This document shows positions 46,231 through 59,584 of a stretch of DNA of 64,000 nucleotides, one piece after another (position 1 is the first letter of the stretch; each line of letters starts with the position of its first letter). The DNA lies in NCBI RefSeq assembly GCF_009914755.1, contig NC_060926.1; one strand, 5' to 3'. Under the pieces are notes generated by a model. It searched no databases. It saw only the letters and a list, made by a program, of their open reading frames with translations, and was not told where the DNA came from. Origin of the DNA: the human T2T-CHM13v2.0 reference genome, Homo sapiens. Made by a program: the position numbers and the translations under genes.

Positions 46231-46899
46231 GTCCATTTATTACTGAGGGGACTCAGAAGACTTCAAATCCCAAAGAGATAAATGACTGATGATAGGATTT
46301 GGGGCTCCAGTAGGTGTAAGGATAGGGATCCTCCATTGACCTCAAATCACAGCGCGGGTGGTTTCTCACTCCTCTGTACAAGGGCAGCTCTGAACTTCAA
46401 AAGTGACTTCAGAAGTAGAAGCCTGCTACAGACAAGGCGGTGAGTAGGTAGAATGCCAACAGTCTGACTCCATCACTTACTTTGAAACATATTTATAACA
46501 TTGCAACTGAGTCATGGTGCACTTATTCTGCACCCCAAATTTATTCCTCATTCATTATCCTAGTCAGGCTGTGATGTGTGGCTAATGCAGACAATAAATA
46601 CTTTCTTTGCTAATGACCAAAGATGAACCCCTTCTAAAAGGCACCTAAAAAAAGTACACAGGCACCAAGTTGCCCAGATTCATGGGCAAGTTATGAACAA
46701 TATTTATCATTCTTATTGTATTTTCACACTTTTTAAATGAAAAAAAAAAGGCTCTGTTCCTTTAAGGCTTCTACACTTTCACTCTCTGTAGCCCCTCCCT
46801 TTTGTCCTTCCTATTTTGGCATTTCATTTGCAAGAAGTCTCCATCTCCCTTATTTACATGTGAAAAAACCTGGAGCATCATGTGGTGAGGGTTCAGGCA

Positions 46900-47220
46900 G
46901 ACCCTGAATTCCATTCAATTCTCATTTCCTCTCTGACAGTCACCATTGAATCAATCATGTTCTCCCTGCCCTCTCTCTGACCACCTCGGAGATCCCAAAT
47001 CGCTTTTCATCTCATGTGTCAATCACCCTCAGACCATGTCCACTTTTCATTACTAACACGCCATCACATGACCTGCTAATCTGTCACTTTCTGACAGCGG
47101 TTAGTGTGCCAATTGATTTAATTAGCAATCAATTAGCTTGTTACTATTGGAAGTAATTACCTTTTATAGAGAAAAGAGTGCAGCTGGTGAGGGCAATAAA
47201 ATTGCAGTAATAAAACTGCA
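46900..47220. promoter_or_regulatory. Candidate developmental enhancer block A
   Basis: Non-repetitive. TGACAG/CTGTCA occurs three times, with clustered TAAT/ATTGAT motifs. Motif evidence only. Confidence 0.4.
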
Positions 47221-47369
47221 TCTACTCCCCTCTGTACCAGCGAAGTCTCTACACTCAGGGGCTGGCCAAATTATGGGTGACATGCACATCTTTTGACTAG
47301 TCTGTAGGGATGTATTTCCCCTCCTTATTACATGCAAAGCCACTCTGTCATTGATATTCCCAAGAATTT

Positions 47370-47725
47370 GTATTTTCAGGGGAAGATTGGGTTAATGATT
47401 TATGCTCAGCATACACTTTTCAAAAGGCCTATGTTTTGGAGCAGGAAGAGAACTTGGAAATGCACCTAGACCCTTTTTTCCCCCCAAAAATGAAATTATT
47501 GAGGTCCAGAGAGGTTACATGATTTGCCCAAGGTCACACAGCTAGCTAGTGCTGGAGGTCTGAGGAGAGACCAGCCTCCTGATTTCTAGGCCTTGCTCTA
47601 CACACCTGGAGGCGGGCTCTTTGCACCACTCCTGCACTGCAGACTGGAAGCCTCCATCTAGGACCAGCCCTGTCTGTGAGGGGAAAAAGAATAGAAATAG
47701 TCAAGAGGAAAACCTTCATGGCCTT
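47370..47725 (+). repeat. ~355-bp direct repeat, copy A (copy B at 57518-57869)
   Basis: Manual alignment gives about 38 differences (~89% identity). Confidence 0.95.
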
Positions 47726-47929
47726 GAAGATAAAAGACACTGGAATTTTACAGAGTCACATTTTAAAACCATATGGGGAGAAAACCAATGAGATGTGGGC
47801 ATGGTGCAGTCTTGGGTGGCATAGAAGTGTAGACATTTTGGCATGGTTGCCTTTTCTTGCATACACAGACTTCCAATGTACCCTCCACTGCTCCTGACCC
47901 AGGGCTACAGTACATTTCCCACACTTTCA

Positions 47930-48480
47930 CTATTAAATTTAACCTCCAAACTGGTCCCCAGGCGCATGATGACTCGCTACATTAGCTCCACGGTGAACAG
48001 CAGAAGCAGTAATGAGATGACTAAGGAGACCCGGATTCCATTCATCATCCTGTTTGCTCCAATATAAGTGTTCTTTTATCAGCACTATTGGTACTGATGT
48101 CATCGCAGGAGGCATAAATCACCTCACCAGTGACAGGGTCCTATTAAGGGTCACGGCCTAAAATCATTATTGACAAATTAAGGATCACACTTGGCCATTC
48201 TGTCAGCATGCCCTCAATTGGGGGTGCGGCCTGGTTCCTCGTATCTGGTCAGAAATTAAACAGTCATTTAGAGTCCTGAACAGCCATGCAAGTTAATTCG
48301 AACTCCAGCCACCTCTTCCCCCTCTCTCAACTTTGAAAATCACGCAGTAGACTTTAGCAAAACAAGGCACTCCTCAGCGAAGTCCTGTGTCCTTATCGTG
48401 AATTCTCATTCCAGCAGCAGTGCGGACGTATTACTTGGCATTACAGAGTGCATACTGCCACATCCGGCCTTGGATCCGGG
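47930..48480. promoter_or_regulatory. Candidate developmental enhancer block B
   Basis: PBX-HOX site (ATAAATCA, 48114-48121) next to a MEIS TGACAG (48131-48136). 16 CpGs retained in ~520 bp. Confidence 0.45.
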
Positions 48481-48919
48481 GCAGGCAGCCTGGGACTTGT
48501 CAGTGATCACTGAGAATTTTCATTTGAAATTCCATCACCTTTGTCCACTGTCACCATCTAATGTGACTGCAGAGGACTCTTTTGGAGTGTGGATGAGATG
48601 GAGATGAGGCTTGAAATGGTGAGGAGTTAGTACCATCATTAAAAATATAAATTGACACCCCAAATTAAAAGAAAATGTCTTTTCCCAAAATACTTGACAA
48701 GTTTAGTGCCCTTATATTTTTTAGGATGAACACCGAGGTTGGCTCCACAGCTATCTCCAATTTCTAAACCAAAACTGGAATGTAGTCATTTAATGAATAC
48801 TACTTGAGCATGGAAGTGAATTGAGCACTCCTAATCCTCAGATCCTTGGCAGGTTCTTAGTTTTCCAGGAGTCGTTTTAGGTAATATGGTCCCAAATGAT
48901 GCTGAAAGATGTTTTTAAA

Positions 48920-50270
48920 AGGTCTGGATAAATAAAGAGCCATATCAGGTTTGTGGTTCGGAAGAGTCAATATGGTCAAGAACTCAGTTTGCTCCAAATT
49001 AACTCACAAACTTAATGTAACTTCTACCAACTTTAATGGCATATTGTCTCTGTGTGTATATGAACTTCACAAAATGATTCTGAAGTTCATATGGAAGAAT
49101 AAACAAGTAAACCTATGCAGGATAACTCTATAAAGAGTGATAGAGGTCTCCTTGTCCCATCAGATTCTAAACTGTTTTACAAACCTAGAATAATCAAAAC
49201 AGTGTGGCAGCAGCACCAGAATATATGGGCAAAACAATGGAAAATAAAAGGAAACACAAACATAAGATTTAGTACATAATAAGGTAGTATTTCAAATGAT
49301 AGAAAAGAGATTAATGATTTGATCATTAATATTATTTTCATGATTAACATTTTGATAAATGATTGCATTAGTAATTCATACCTTACAAAAACTTAAATTC
49401 CTTAAAAATATAAGTGTAAAATATGAAGCGATAAAAGTGATAAAGGTACCCACAAGTAAAAATTTACATAATCTGGGGAAAGGGAAGGACATTCTGAACA
49501 TGACTCCATAAACAAAAACCACAAAGCAATAAAACTGAAAGATTTAATTACATAATAATATAAAATAGCAAAAAATTAAAGCTAAAATCAAACCGCAACC
49601 TAAAAATACATAAAGTAGACAAAGAATAGCTACTCCAGGAGGAAACAAAAATAGGCCAAAATATAAAAAGACTATTTACTAAAAAAGAAAAATAAATAGC
49701 CAATAAATATAAAGATCTCACAAGTAACTGAGAAAATGGACTTAAAACAAAGAAAACAATTTTTAAAATACATTATCACTTATACAATTGAAAAATTTTA
49801 AAAGCAACAATGCAAATACTAGTAGATACATGAAGAATTCAGTATATTCATGTGTTACTAGTGAATATATGAATTGTTACAATATTACCAAAAAACAATT
49901 TGATGAACCACCAGTTGTTCAAAAGTACACTGTCCTTTGACCCAGCAACCCAACCGCTCAAAATTTATCCTAAGGAATACCTCAGTAAATAATGCAAAGG
50001 TGTTCTTAGCAGATTGTTCATGAAATACCATTTCAAACGTTTTAATAATTTGCAAAGAACTTAGTTTTACAAAAGTAGAGGATAAGGATGTTCTGTACAA
50101 TATTCTTTATTATAAAAAAAATGGGAAGTAAACTGAAAGTTCAACAGTAGGTCCATAGTTCAATAGATTTAGATCTAATGATATGGAAAAATGTTCACAA
50201 TCTTTGTGAATAAAGAACACATTGCAAAGCATAAACATATACAGTTTTGCATAAGGGAAAATATATAGGG
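48920..50270 (+). mobile_element. Old L1M ORF2 and 3' remnant
   Basis: 'WFGRVNMVK...KMILKFIWKNK' resembles L1 ORF2. A-rich strand. Confidence 0.8.
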
Positions 50271-51056
50271 GTGTGTGTGTGTATACACATATGTGTGTAT
50301 ATGTACACACACATACACACATATATATAAAATTAAAAACTCTGGTAGACTTTGATCTGAATATCCTCTTTAGTTTACTTCAATTTGAATATGGTTATGA
50401 GTTTGGGTATCTTATATTAAAATTTTTTCTTTCTTGAAAAGCAGTGCAAATGATAATTTTGCTTATATAGGCAATCTGCACATGGAAAGAAAATATTAAC
50501 TAGCAATGTAATAAAGAAATGATTTCTTTGGGGGCCTTAAGCACAAACCTTTAAATTTGCACTGTTTCCTTGTGGAATTATTTGATCAAACTGAAATTAA
50601 AACCAAGAGATCTCACTGGCTCTGGTCAGCCTTCCCTGTTACCCCAGATAGCTGCTAGAACTTTCCAATCATCTGAAAAAGCATAAAGCAACAATTATGA
50701 TAGAAACCTTGGAGGGAATACATTCATTCATTCATTCATTCACCTACTATGAATTGAGCCCCTTTGTTTATCTCAGTGTACTTCCTGGTGGGATAGGCTG
50801 TTTTTAACCTGTGCTCTACTCCAAACACACAGACATAGCAGAGACAAAGACCAGGACTGGGTACTAGGAGAGGGAGGGAAGAATACCAGAACCAAAGCTT
50901 ACTGCAAAAAAGGCCCAAGGCATGGCTCCAGGAAAAATAAATCTAACCATGAGCATCAGCAACATCTGAATTTTTGAGCTGGATTTTTGTCCCATTCATC
51001 CAAGAATCTTCAAAACTTATGTACATAATATTTTTGATGCATTCGAAAAAGGAGGT

Positions 51057-51170
51057 ACAGACTCATCTAACCAACAGAGCTGAGATTCTTCATTTAGAGG
51101 CCAAAGAGATAACTGACCCTCTGTGGCCTCTAAGTGAAGAATTCTGGCTCTGTTGGTTAGATGAGTCTGT
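51057..51170. repeat. Long inverted repeat / hairpin (52-bp arms, 10-nt loop)
   Basis: Arms 51057-51108 and 51119-51170 are 46/52 complementary, and the outer 24 bp are perfect. Confidence 0.95.
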
Positions 51171-53899
51171 CCATCAGAAGTAACTTCTTTTCTGAGTGGT
51201 AGTCTCACCTCCCTGCCTTGGCGAAAGGACTGGGGTCTAGATGGGGGAAGTGTCTATGGAGCAGAAACTGTTGACATGGAGTTTCTTCCCACCTTACTCC
51301 AAAGCTGATTCTGGGATCTGGAATGAGGGAGGCCCTTTGCATCGAGCAATTGAAGAAGGGAGATGGGATTGGTAAATCAGAGGTCACCCAAATTGGGCAG
51401 GAGGCCCAGCACAAATATTGATGACTAGGAGATGGAAGTTGCAAACTGGAAAGTTGGAGACAGGAAATGTGGATTAAGATAATGTGAGTATCCAGAGGGT
51501 CATTTGGGGCCAACACCTGTTGGCAGGGGTTATTGCCTTTGGCTAGTTCCTAACCTCCCTGTGTTGTGATTTCCCAAGTCCCACCTGGAATAATCTTTAC
51601 TTAAATCAACTTCCTTTTCCACCACATTGATTTATTTAAAATCAAAGTTTTAATTTGTATTATTACAACAGTTAAAAACCAATCAGATTTACCATAAAGA
51701 GATGGAAGCTGTACAAGTACATACAATAAAAACCAAACGTTGATATTGAATTGCTTCCTGTTGAAGGCTCTGAACCTAGAGCTCACTATCTCTTTGTTAA
51801 GAAGAAACTTGAGCCTGCATTAGACAGGTGTTCAAGACCAGCACAAACAGAGACTTTCTCCTTGAGCTTATCAGAAGGACAGAAAGAACATTCAAAAGGG
51901 AGCCACTCTTGTTTCTCTATAGGATTCAATGGCTTTTAGCTTGTTCGTGTAACACCTAAAATCACATGTGGTGTTGACCAAAATTATCTTGTGAGTCCCC
52001 CATAATGTATCCTTCTTTCTTAGGACACACTGCGTGGAGGTTCAGGGACTGGCAGCACTCAAAGGCTGGAAGAAAGGTGCACTGAGACGCAGGGACCCAT
52101 GGCACCCTGAGCCCACTCTCCATGACTGACAGCTGCAGAGGTGATGGCTGGCCCCATTTGCCCAGGGCACAAAGGCATTTGAGGGAGGACCACAAAAGAT
52201 AGGCTGTGAGTGGATGTGCCCTTGTAAAATTTTGTGCAAAGCCCTCAGCTCAGAGCCCATGGGACATAGGTAGGGTGGGCTCAGTCATGTCTGCCACTGG
52301 TATCAGACTTCACTTGGAGATTTGGAGCCCTGGTTCAGTAGGGCAGGAGGAGGGTGTGGGAGCTCTGTGGCCTGAGATTTCTATCTTTACCTCTTTCCTT
52401 CACCTACACATTCCATCCTGCAGTGGGTAGCCCCGGTGAGAGGGAAAAGGGAGTGTTTGATATCATCTAATTCCAGTGGAGGGCGTGACTTACCTGGACT
52501 ACAGAGCTAATTGGTGCTTCCTGCCTTGCCGAAGGACACAAGCATGTTTCCAGCAGTGCTGGTCCAGCCCCTCTTTGTGCTCCATGGGCTGCCAGGTGGA
52601 GGAGCACCTCTGGTTGTCCCCTGGGAGCAGTGGCAGCCATTGACCTTGAGATGAAAGGACACAGATGGTGGCAATGCTATGATCACCCTTGGGTTTAGGG
52701 AGCTCTCTGACAACACAAAATTGCAGAGGATATTCACTTTTCTTTAAAGAAAAGGAAATGAAACCTTCATTTCCAGTTACTTAGTTTCAGTCTCAAATCC
52801 TTAGAACCGCCTTCTAAAACAACCGACCCCCACTTTGCTGCCTGCTGGGCCTGGCCCTGATCCATTCTGCTTCTAGAGGAGGCACAGAACATGGCCCATC
52901 CCTCTTATTCCAGCCACAGTTCAGGCTCCTGCCCCCAACCCATGCCCAGGATGAGCTGGGAGGGCTTGAACTGGTCATGGTCACATTCTGCCTCCATCTC
53001 CACTTCTGTGTATGGAGGGAGATGCATTATCGAAATTCCCAGGCTTTCTCCGCTCTCAAATCCTAAAAACAAAGGTGCAGAGAGAAAGAGGGAGGAAGAG
53101 AATGAGGAAAAGAAGTGGTTTCTGGAAAGGACTGAAGGAGATAAATATGAGAGGCATCGGGAAATGTGAAGTGGGAGCACGTGGCATCACGCTCACCTCT
53201 CCCATGTGCTGCCATACAGGGGCTTCTTCACCAGCCTGCCCTGCTCTGTTACCAAGTACCAGAGGCCCTGGAAGCTGTCACAGCACAACTAGGGGAAGTC
53301 AGTTTGCCCTGGCTGACACTGTCCACCTCATTCAGGGCCCCTCCTGGATGCTGGATCTGCTTCTGTTCTGCTCTGAAATGTCAGTGCACACATGCACTGA
53401 CTCTACTCTCTGCCCCCAAGACCCTTTTGAGGGAAGGGGCTTCACCGTTTCCACCTCTGCATCATCTGCACTTAGCACCATGCGTGGTTCCTCATGGGGG
53501 CTGAACCAATGATGAGTGAATGGATGAAGAAATGAACAGGCAGATGGTGTGAATGCATTCAGAGAATGTAGAACTGTCTCGGAGCCATGATGGCTTCAGC
53601 AAGCACTCAGGTTGATGCCATCAGAGGGCTAAACCAGAAAAACGTCCTACTCTAATTGCACCACACTGATCATTAGCCCAGAGGCACATGCATCCTTAGC
53701 AACTTAGTTGAATTCAGGACCCGACCTGCTATTTGGTCATTAGTGAAGAAGCCTGGTGCCAGGCTCATGATATCTCAGTCTTCTCTACCAGGTTTTACTG
53801 ATGGCAGGAGAGAATAAGTCCTGGGGTGGTGCTCAAAGCAATTATTTTTGGGATGCTAAATTTTATTATTAAAAATTAACTCCTATTTTGCCTTATACT

Positions 53900-55075
53900 A
53901 AGAAAGCATGCAATAAAGAATAATATCTTATAACCCGACACCTTTTTAAGTTATTTGCATTAAGAAATAAAATTCCTCTTCAGTCCTCATTCCATTCCTT
54001 GAAGATAATGACCTATAACAGTTGCTGTATATCTTTCTCAATGGTTCCCTATGCGTGCATTGATATACATGTTTATCTTTCTTTAAAAAATAAGATGATG
54101 CTATGCATATCACTCTGCAAATTGCTTTTTTCTTTATCAATATATGGGGATCTACTTTATTTTTGTTCATGGCTATCTTGCTTTCCATTGAATGAATACA
54201 CCACAGTGAATTTCTCTATTCTTCTATTAATGGACATTTATAATGTGTCCAATTTTGTGTCAGTGTTCTTTTGTTATTTTAAACAATGCTGTAGTAAACA
54301 TCCGTATATACTTAACCTTATTATTTTTATAGTAATTTCTGTTTAGGAGATTCTTATATGAAATATGCTGGCTCTTAAGCATATTTTAACTGTAATAGAT
54401 GTACTCAATTGTTATGCAAACAGTGTCCTAATTTATACTCTCACCAGTAAAATATGAGAGTGCACATTTCCCCACACACTCACCAGTATTCTGTGTTGTC
54501 AATTAAAATTACATTTTTTGACAATTTGGTAGGTACAAAATGTATCATCATTCTTTTAATTGCATTTAAATATTATTTAGGATATGTTCATTTTCATATA
54601 CTCATTGTCTATACATATTTTATAAATTTATTGGTTATATTGTTTGCCACTTCTACTGAATTATTTGGTTTTTATTATAGGAGATCATTACATATTAGAG
54701 AAATTGACCTTTGCGTATTAAATATGTTGCAAATATTTAGTGATATCTGCTACTCAGAAGCTTTCCCTTTTATCTGGCAAATCATCACTTCTTTTCCTTT
54801 TACAATTTCTGAGGATTGTGTCTTGCTTATAAAGGCCTTCCCGGATCCCAAAACTATAGAAAACAGTGAGCGTTGTAGTCATACAATATTTTCATAGTTT
54901 TATATTTTATGTTTGTATTTTGTATCTATAATCCCTGTGGATTTTTAAAAATAGAGTGAAGTCAGAATCTAGTTTCCCTAATGGAAAAACAGCTGTTATT
55001 ACATCATTTACTACATAATCTATTTTTTCCTTCACTTTTGAAATATATTTTTAAATGTGCTTTTCTCTAAATATT
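53900..55075 (-). mobile_element. Old L1M 3' remnant
   Basis: T-rich, with 'aatttatactctcaccag...atgagagtgcacatttccccacacactcaccagta'. Confidence 0.75.
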
Positions 55076-55096
55076 TGAGGAAAATTGAGTCTCGGA

Positions 55097-55430
55097 TAGT
55101 GGTTCTCAATGTATGGTGCAGGAAATTCTGGGAGTTCCTAAGATCCATTCAGATCAAAACCATTTTCATGATAATATTAATCAACTCATTCTCATTCTTT
55201 CATGAATGTGCGCTGGGGTTTTCCAGAGGCTGTATGGCATATGTTGATGTCATTGCTCTGATGGTTAATGAAATGCGTGCTCATGTATTCCTGTGTTTCA
55301 AAATTTTCAGTTTTAATTTCTAATAGGGTACATTTTGATAGCTATAACTCACATAGCGAAAGCTCTTTGGGATTCTTAATAATTTTTAAGAGTATAAAGA
55401 GGTCCAAGACCAAAAGTTTGGGAACCATTT
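55097..55430. mobile_element. Charlie1-family hAT DNA transposon deletion derivative
   Basis: TIRs 'tagtggttctcaa' and 'ttgggaaccatt'. Internal 'gttttccagaggct' and 'aataatttttaagagtataaag'. Confidence 0.75.
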
Positions 55431-55436
55431 ATCTAG

Positions 55437-55746
<310 letters not shown>

Positions 55747-56718
55747 GGTAGCATGTTTATTCTATGGCCTTACATTTCCCCTAGCACACCTCTGCGTTGT
55801 CCCAGAGTACCCGTGCTCCACACTGAGAAATGAACAGTGAAAGAAGGGGTAAAAAGCACAGCTCCACAAGGGTTTTTGCCCTGTCCCTTGTCACCTCCTC
55901 TAATTAGTTCTATCAATTTGAACAAGTACTTTAGCCCAAAACAGCTCCTAGAATGTATTATGTCAACGTCCGCCTCTTAATTTACAATTCATCTTTTTCA
56001 GATTGAAACACAATCATTTCTGTTTCCTGAGATTTCAGGTTATTTGAATTCTAAATAAATGGGAGCTACCTTAGTCCAATTTTATTTATGGTTTTAACAC
56101 ATCCCATTCCTTTTTAAGAAAGACCAGGTGTATGTGGAGGTGACTTTGTTTTACTGATCAAGACATGCAGTCAAGCTCCCTGGCTGAAGGTCTATGGTCA
56201 TTTATTTTCTGGCAGGTGCAGCAGTCTGCACCATGGGTTAGACGGACTGGAAGCAGCAGGGATCGGGCCCCTTGAAACTCAGCCTGGTGTCCTTGACTCA
56301 TTGGCAACTTACAAGCCTGCCTCATGGCAGTCAGCCCAGCCAGCAGGGGGAGATATAATAAGACGGGAAAAGACAAAGGCCATTAGAATCTTAAAATTCA
56401 GAAGGCATCTCAAATATTGTCTAGTAACGCTTATCGTGCGAATGAATTGTCAAAAAAAAAAAAAAACGCTCAACAAGCAGCTTAGCACACTTAAAGATTT
56501 TCTTTGACAGGAAGCTTACTAACTCATAAGACAACTCTCATTGTTAAACAGCTCACATTATTATCTCTGGTTAGAATGAACTTACCCTTCCTTCTCCACT
56601 CATTCTCATTAAGCCTTCCCTGACTCTTCCGCCTCCAATTTCTGTCCAGGGGGTTGGAGGCTCTCCCTTGTGCTCCTGTCACACTTTTGCTTACCTTGAC
56701 TATGCATTTAGACAGAGA

Positions 56719-57158
56719 GTATTAGTTGCCTAGGCCTGGTGTATCAAATTGCCACAACCTGGGTAACTTACAACAACGGAAACTTGTTCACTGACAGTTC
56801 TGAAGGCCAAAAGTCCAAAATCAAGGTGTTGGCAGGGCTGTGCTCCTGCAAAAGGCTCTAAGGGAGAATCTTTCTTTGGCTTTTCCAGCTTCTCCTGGCT
56901 GCTGGCATTTTTTGTCTTCCTTGGCCACATCACTCCAATTTCTGCCTCTGTCTTCAATGGCCTTTTCTCTATTATCTCTTACAAAGACACTGGTCATCAG
57001 ATTTAGCACCCACCTGGGTAATCCAGGGTGATGTCATCTCAAGATCCTTAACTTTATATCTGCAAAGATTCATCTTTCAAATAAGGTAACATTCCCAAGT
57101 TCCAAGAGTTAAGACAAGGACATATTTTGGGGGGAGCCACCACTCAATCTACTGTACA
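56719..57158 (-). mobile_element. MLT1C/D-like MaLR solo LTR
   Basis: 'cagttctgaaggccaaaagtccaaaatcaaggtgttggcagggctgtgctcc' and 'catcactccaatttctgcctctgtcttca'. Confidence 0.88.
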
Positions 57159-57161
57159 AGT

Positions 57162-57476
57162 GGGGGTAGCAAAATGGTCACCCTTAGGTCAAATCCAGCC
57201 TATAGATATCTGTATTTCTTTTCCTGCATGTTCTATGCATTTGGACATTTCACCTAAATATCTGGAGTTCCATCTTCTTTGGACAAATCAAAAGATCTGC
57301 AACACTGGACCTGCCTTCCCAATGGCATCCATCAGGGATCTGAGTGCACGCTACACACCCTAGGAGACATCTGTATTATCCGGTTCACCCAGTCCTTGCC
57401 ATTTCCCAGACCATTTTACCCACTTGAACCTGACTTGACCCATCAGGTTCCCCTAGACATTTAACTTGTGACCTTT
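57162..57476. mobile_element. MER102-like hAT element
   Basis: 'aaatcaaaagatctgcaacactggacctgccttccc' and 'ccctagacatttaacttgtgacc'. Confidence 0.55.
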
Positions 57477-57517
57477 AATTTAGTCTCTTTTAATCTTGCG
57501 TAGTACATAATAAGATG

Positions 57518-57869
57518 GTATTTCAGGGGAAGATTGGGTTAGTGATTTATGCTCAGCATACATTTTTCAAAAGGCTTATGTTTCAGAGCAGGAAGAGACC
57601 CTGGAAATGCATCTAGACCTTTTTGCCCCTCAGAATGAAATTATTGAGGTCCAGAGAGGTTAAATGACTTGCCCAAGGTCACACAGCTAGCCAGTGCTGG
57701 AGGTCTGAAGAGAGATCAGTATCCTGACTTCTAGGCCTTGCTCAACATGTCTGGAGGTGGCCTCTTTGCAGCATTCCTGCACTGCAGACTGGAAGCCTCC
57801 ATCTAGGACCAGCACTATCTGTAAGGAGAAAAAAATAGAAATATTCAAGAGGAAAACCTTCATGGTCTT
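57518..57869 (+). repeat. ~352-bp direct repeat, copy B
   Basis: Aligns end to end with 47370-47725. Confidence 0.95.
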
Positions 57870-59401
57870 TGTCCATGAATGGGACAAAAATCCATCTCAA
57901 AAATTCAGCAGTTGCTGATGTTCATGGTCACATTTCTTTTCCCTGGAGCCATGCCTTGGGCCTTTCTTGCAGTGACTGCGTCAGACTTTAAGTTCTCTTA
58001 TTTGACTTTATATTATCAGTGTCTAGGACAGTGCCTGATACAAAGTAGCTGGTCAAAAACATGTGCTGGACTAAAGAATATAGAACTTACACTGGAGAGA
58101 AATATGCTTTCCTTTAGCTCCTATCTATAAACAGCTCTTATCTTATATTCAGCAACAGCACATTTTCCTTATGAAAACCCTTCACATTTAAGCAATATGT
58201 AACACAGGAAGGGATACCACAGTTGCACTAGCTTTAATACTGATAAATCTCTATAAACAAAGAAAAGTGTTTTAGGTAAGATTTGGTTTATAAGTAAGAA
58301 GGGCCTGAAAAATGGTAACTAAATCAAGGTAGGGATTATTTCTCTATCATGAAAAAGAAATCTGGAGATATGCAGAACAGGAGTGTTATGATGGCACTGT
58401 TAGCTCATCAAGACGGTGGGAGGCTCTTGTCTTTTCCAGCTATCCTCAGTATGCTGCTTCCAGTTTGGTTATTATTCCTTCAGATATCGTTTCTGTGCCA
58501 TTCCCTATTTTTGTTATTTCTGGGACACTAATTAAATATATATGTTAGACATTTTCAAACTGCTCTCATGTTTCTCTTATGCCGTTTTCTATATTTTCTG
58601 CAGTTTTCTCCTCATTAGTATCAGTCTGAATATTTTATCTTGACCTGTGTTCTGGTTCACAACTTCTCTTACAATATGTCTAGTCTGCTATTAATACTTT
58701 GTATGGTGTTCTTAATTTTAGTTACTTTATTTTTCAGTTTTAGAATTTCCCTTTAATACTTCTTTACATCTTTCAGTTATCTGCAAAAATTTCCCATCTT
58801 GTCATTGAATTTTTGTTGCACACTAATCACATTTACTTTAACATTTTTGCCTAACTCAAATATCTGTTCCATTTACAAATCTCTTTCTATTGTCTATTTT
58901 CTCTTGGTTTTGGCCATGTAGCCCCTTGTCTTCTGGAAGGCCTGACAAATTTTTATTGAATATTGGATATTGTATGTGAAAATGATAGAACTAATTTGAG
59001 TCCAAAATGATGATATCTTCCTCCAAAGAGGGTATACTTCTATGTCTGGCAGGCAGTTATGGTAGGGGCTCTTTACCCTATTACAACCAGGATTGAACAA
59101 ATTTGAAAGCTGTGCTTCCATTTTTATAAGGACTAACTTATCTCACCACCACATCTAGAGTAGAACACTAAGGGGTTCCAACTGAAGCCTGGGGTGTTTG
59201 CCATGACCCCTCTTGCTTTATGACCTAGACTCTAATTTCTGGCTATGCCTCTCTGCCTTATAAGATTGGAAGCTCTCTTCAGCTGTCAGTATCTCAACCA
59301 ATGCTTTTTGCCATTTCTCAGCCTCCAAACCACCACGCTGGAGGAGACAAATGATTTAGATGGGAGAGGGGCCGTGAATTTTCATTCCATTCCCTAAGAA
59401 T

Positions 59402-59584
59402 CCCATGGACATGAACCTACATGGATGCAGTGGGTAAAGTGTGAAGGAGATGGGAGAGGATTCCTCAGTGAACTTCATGCCCACCATATGGGAGATGGTA
59501 GAGTTTATCAAGGACATCCTTGGCTTTTGTGGCCTTTCTCAGCACACCCAGATCACCCTGCTTAAAGCTGGCACCTTTGAAGTG
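59402..59584 (+). pseudogene. NR1D1: Decayed fragment of the NR1D1 (Rev-erb alpha) ligand-binding domain
   Basis: Translates PMDMNLHGCSG*SVKEMGEDSSVNFMPTIWEMVEFIKDILGFCGLSQHTQITLLKAGTFEV versus recalled NR1D1 PMNMYPHGRSGRTVQEIWEDFSMSFTPAVREVVEFAKHIPGFRDLSQHDQVTLLKAGTFEV. About 37/61 identical with no gaps, and a stop at 59435-59437. The symbol names the parent gene; this is not the NR1D1 locus. Confidence 0.88.

Noticed and set aside
53012-53512. 166-aa ORF in GC-richer unique sequence
   Set aside because: No recognisable domain or exon structure. Its length is within chance for this composition.
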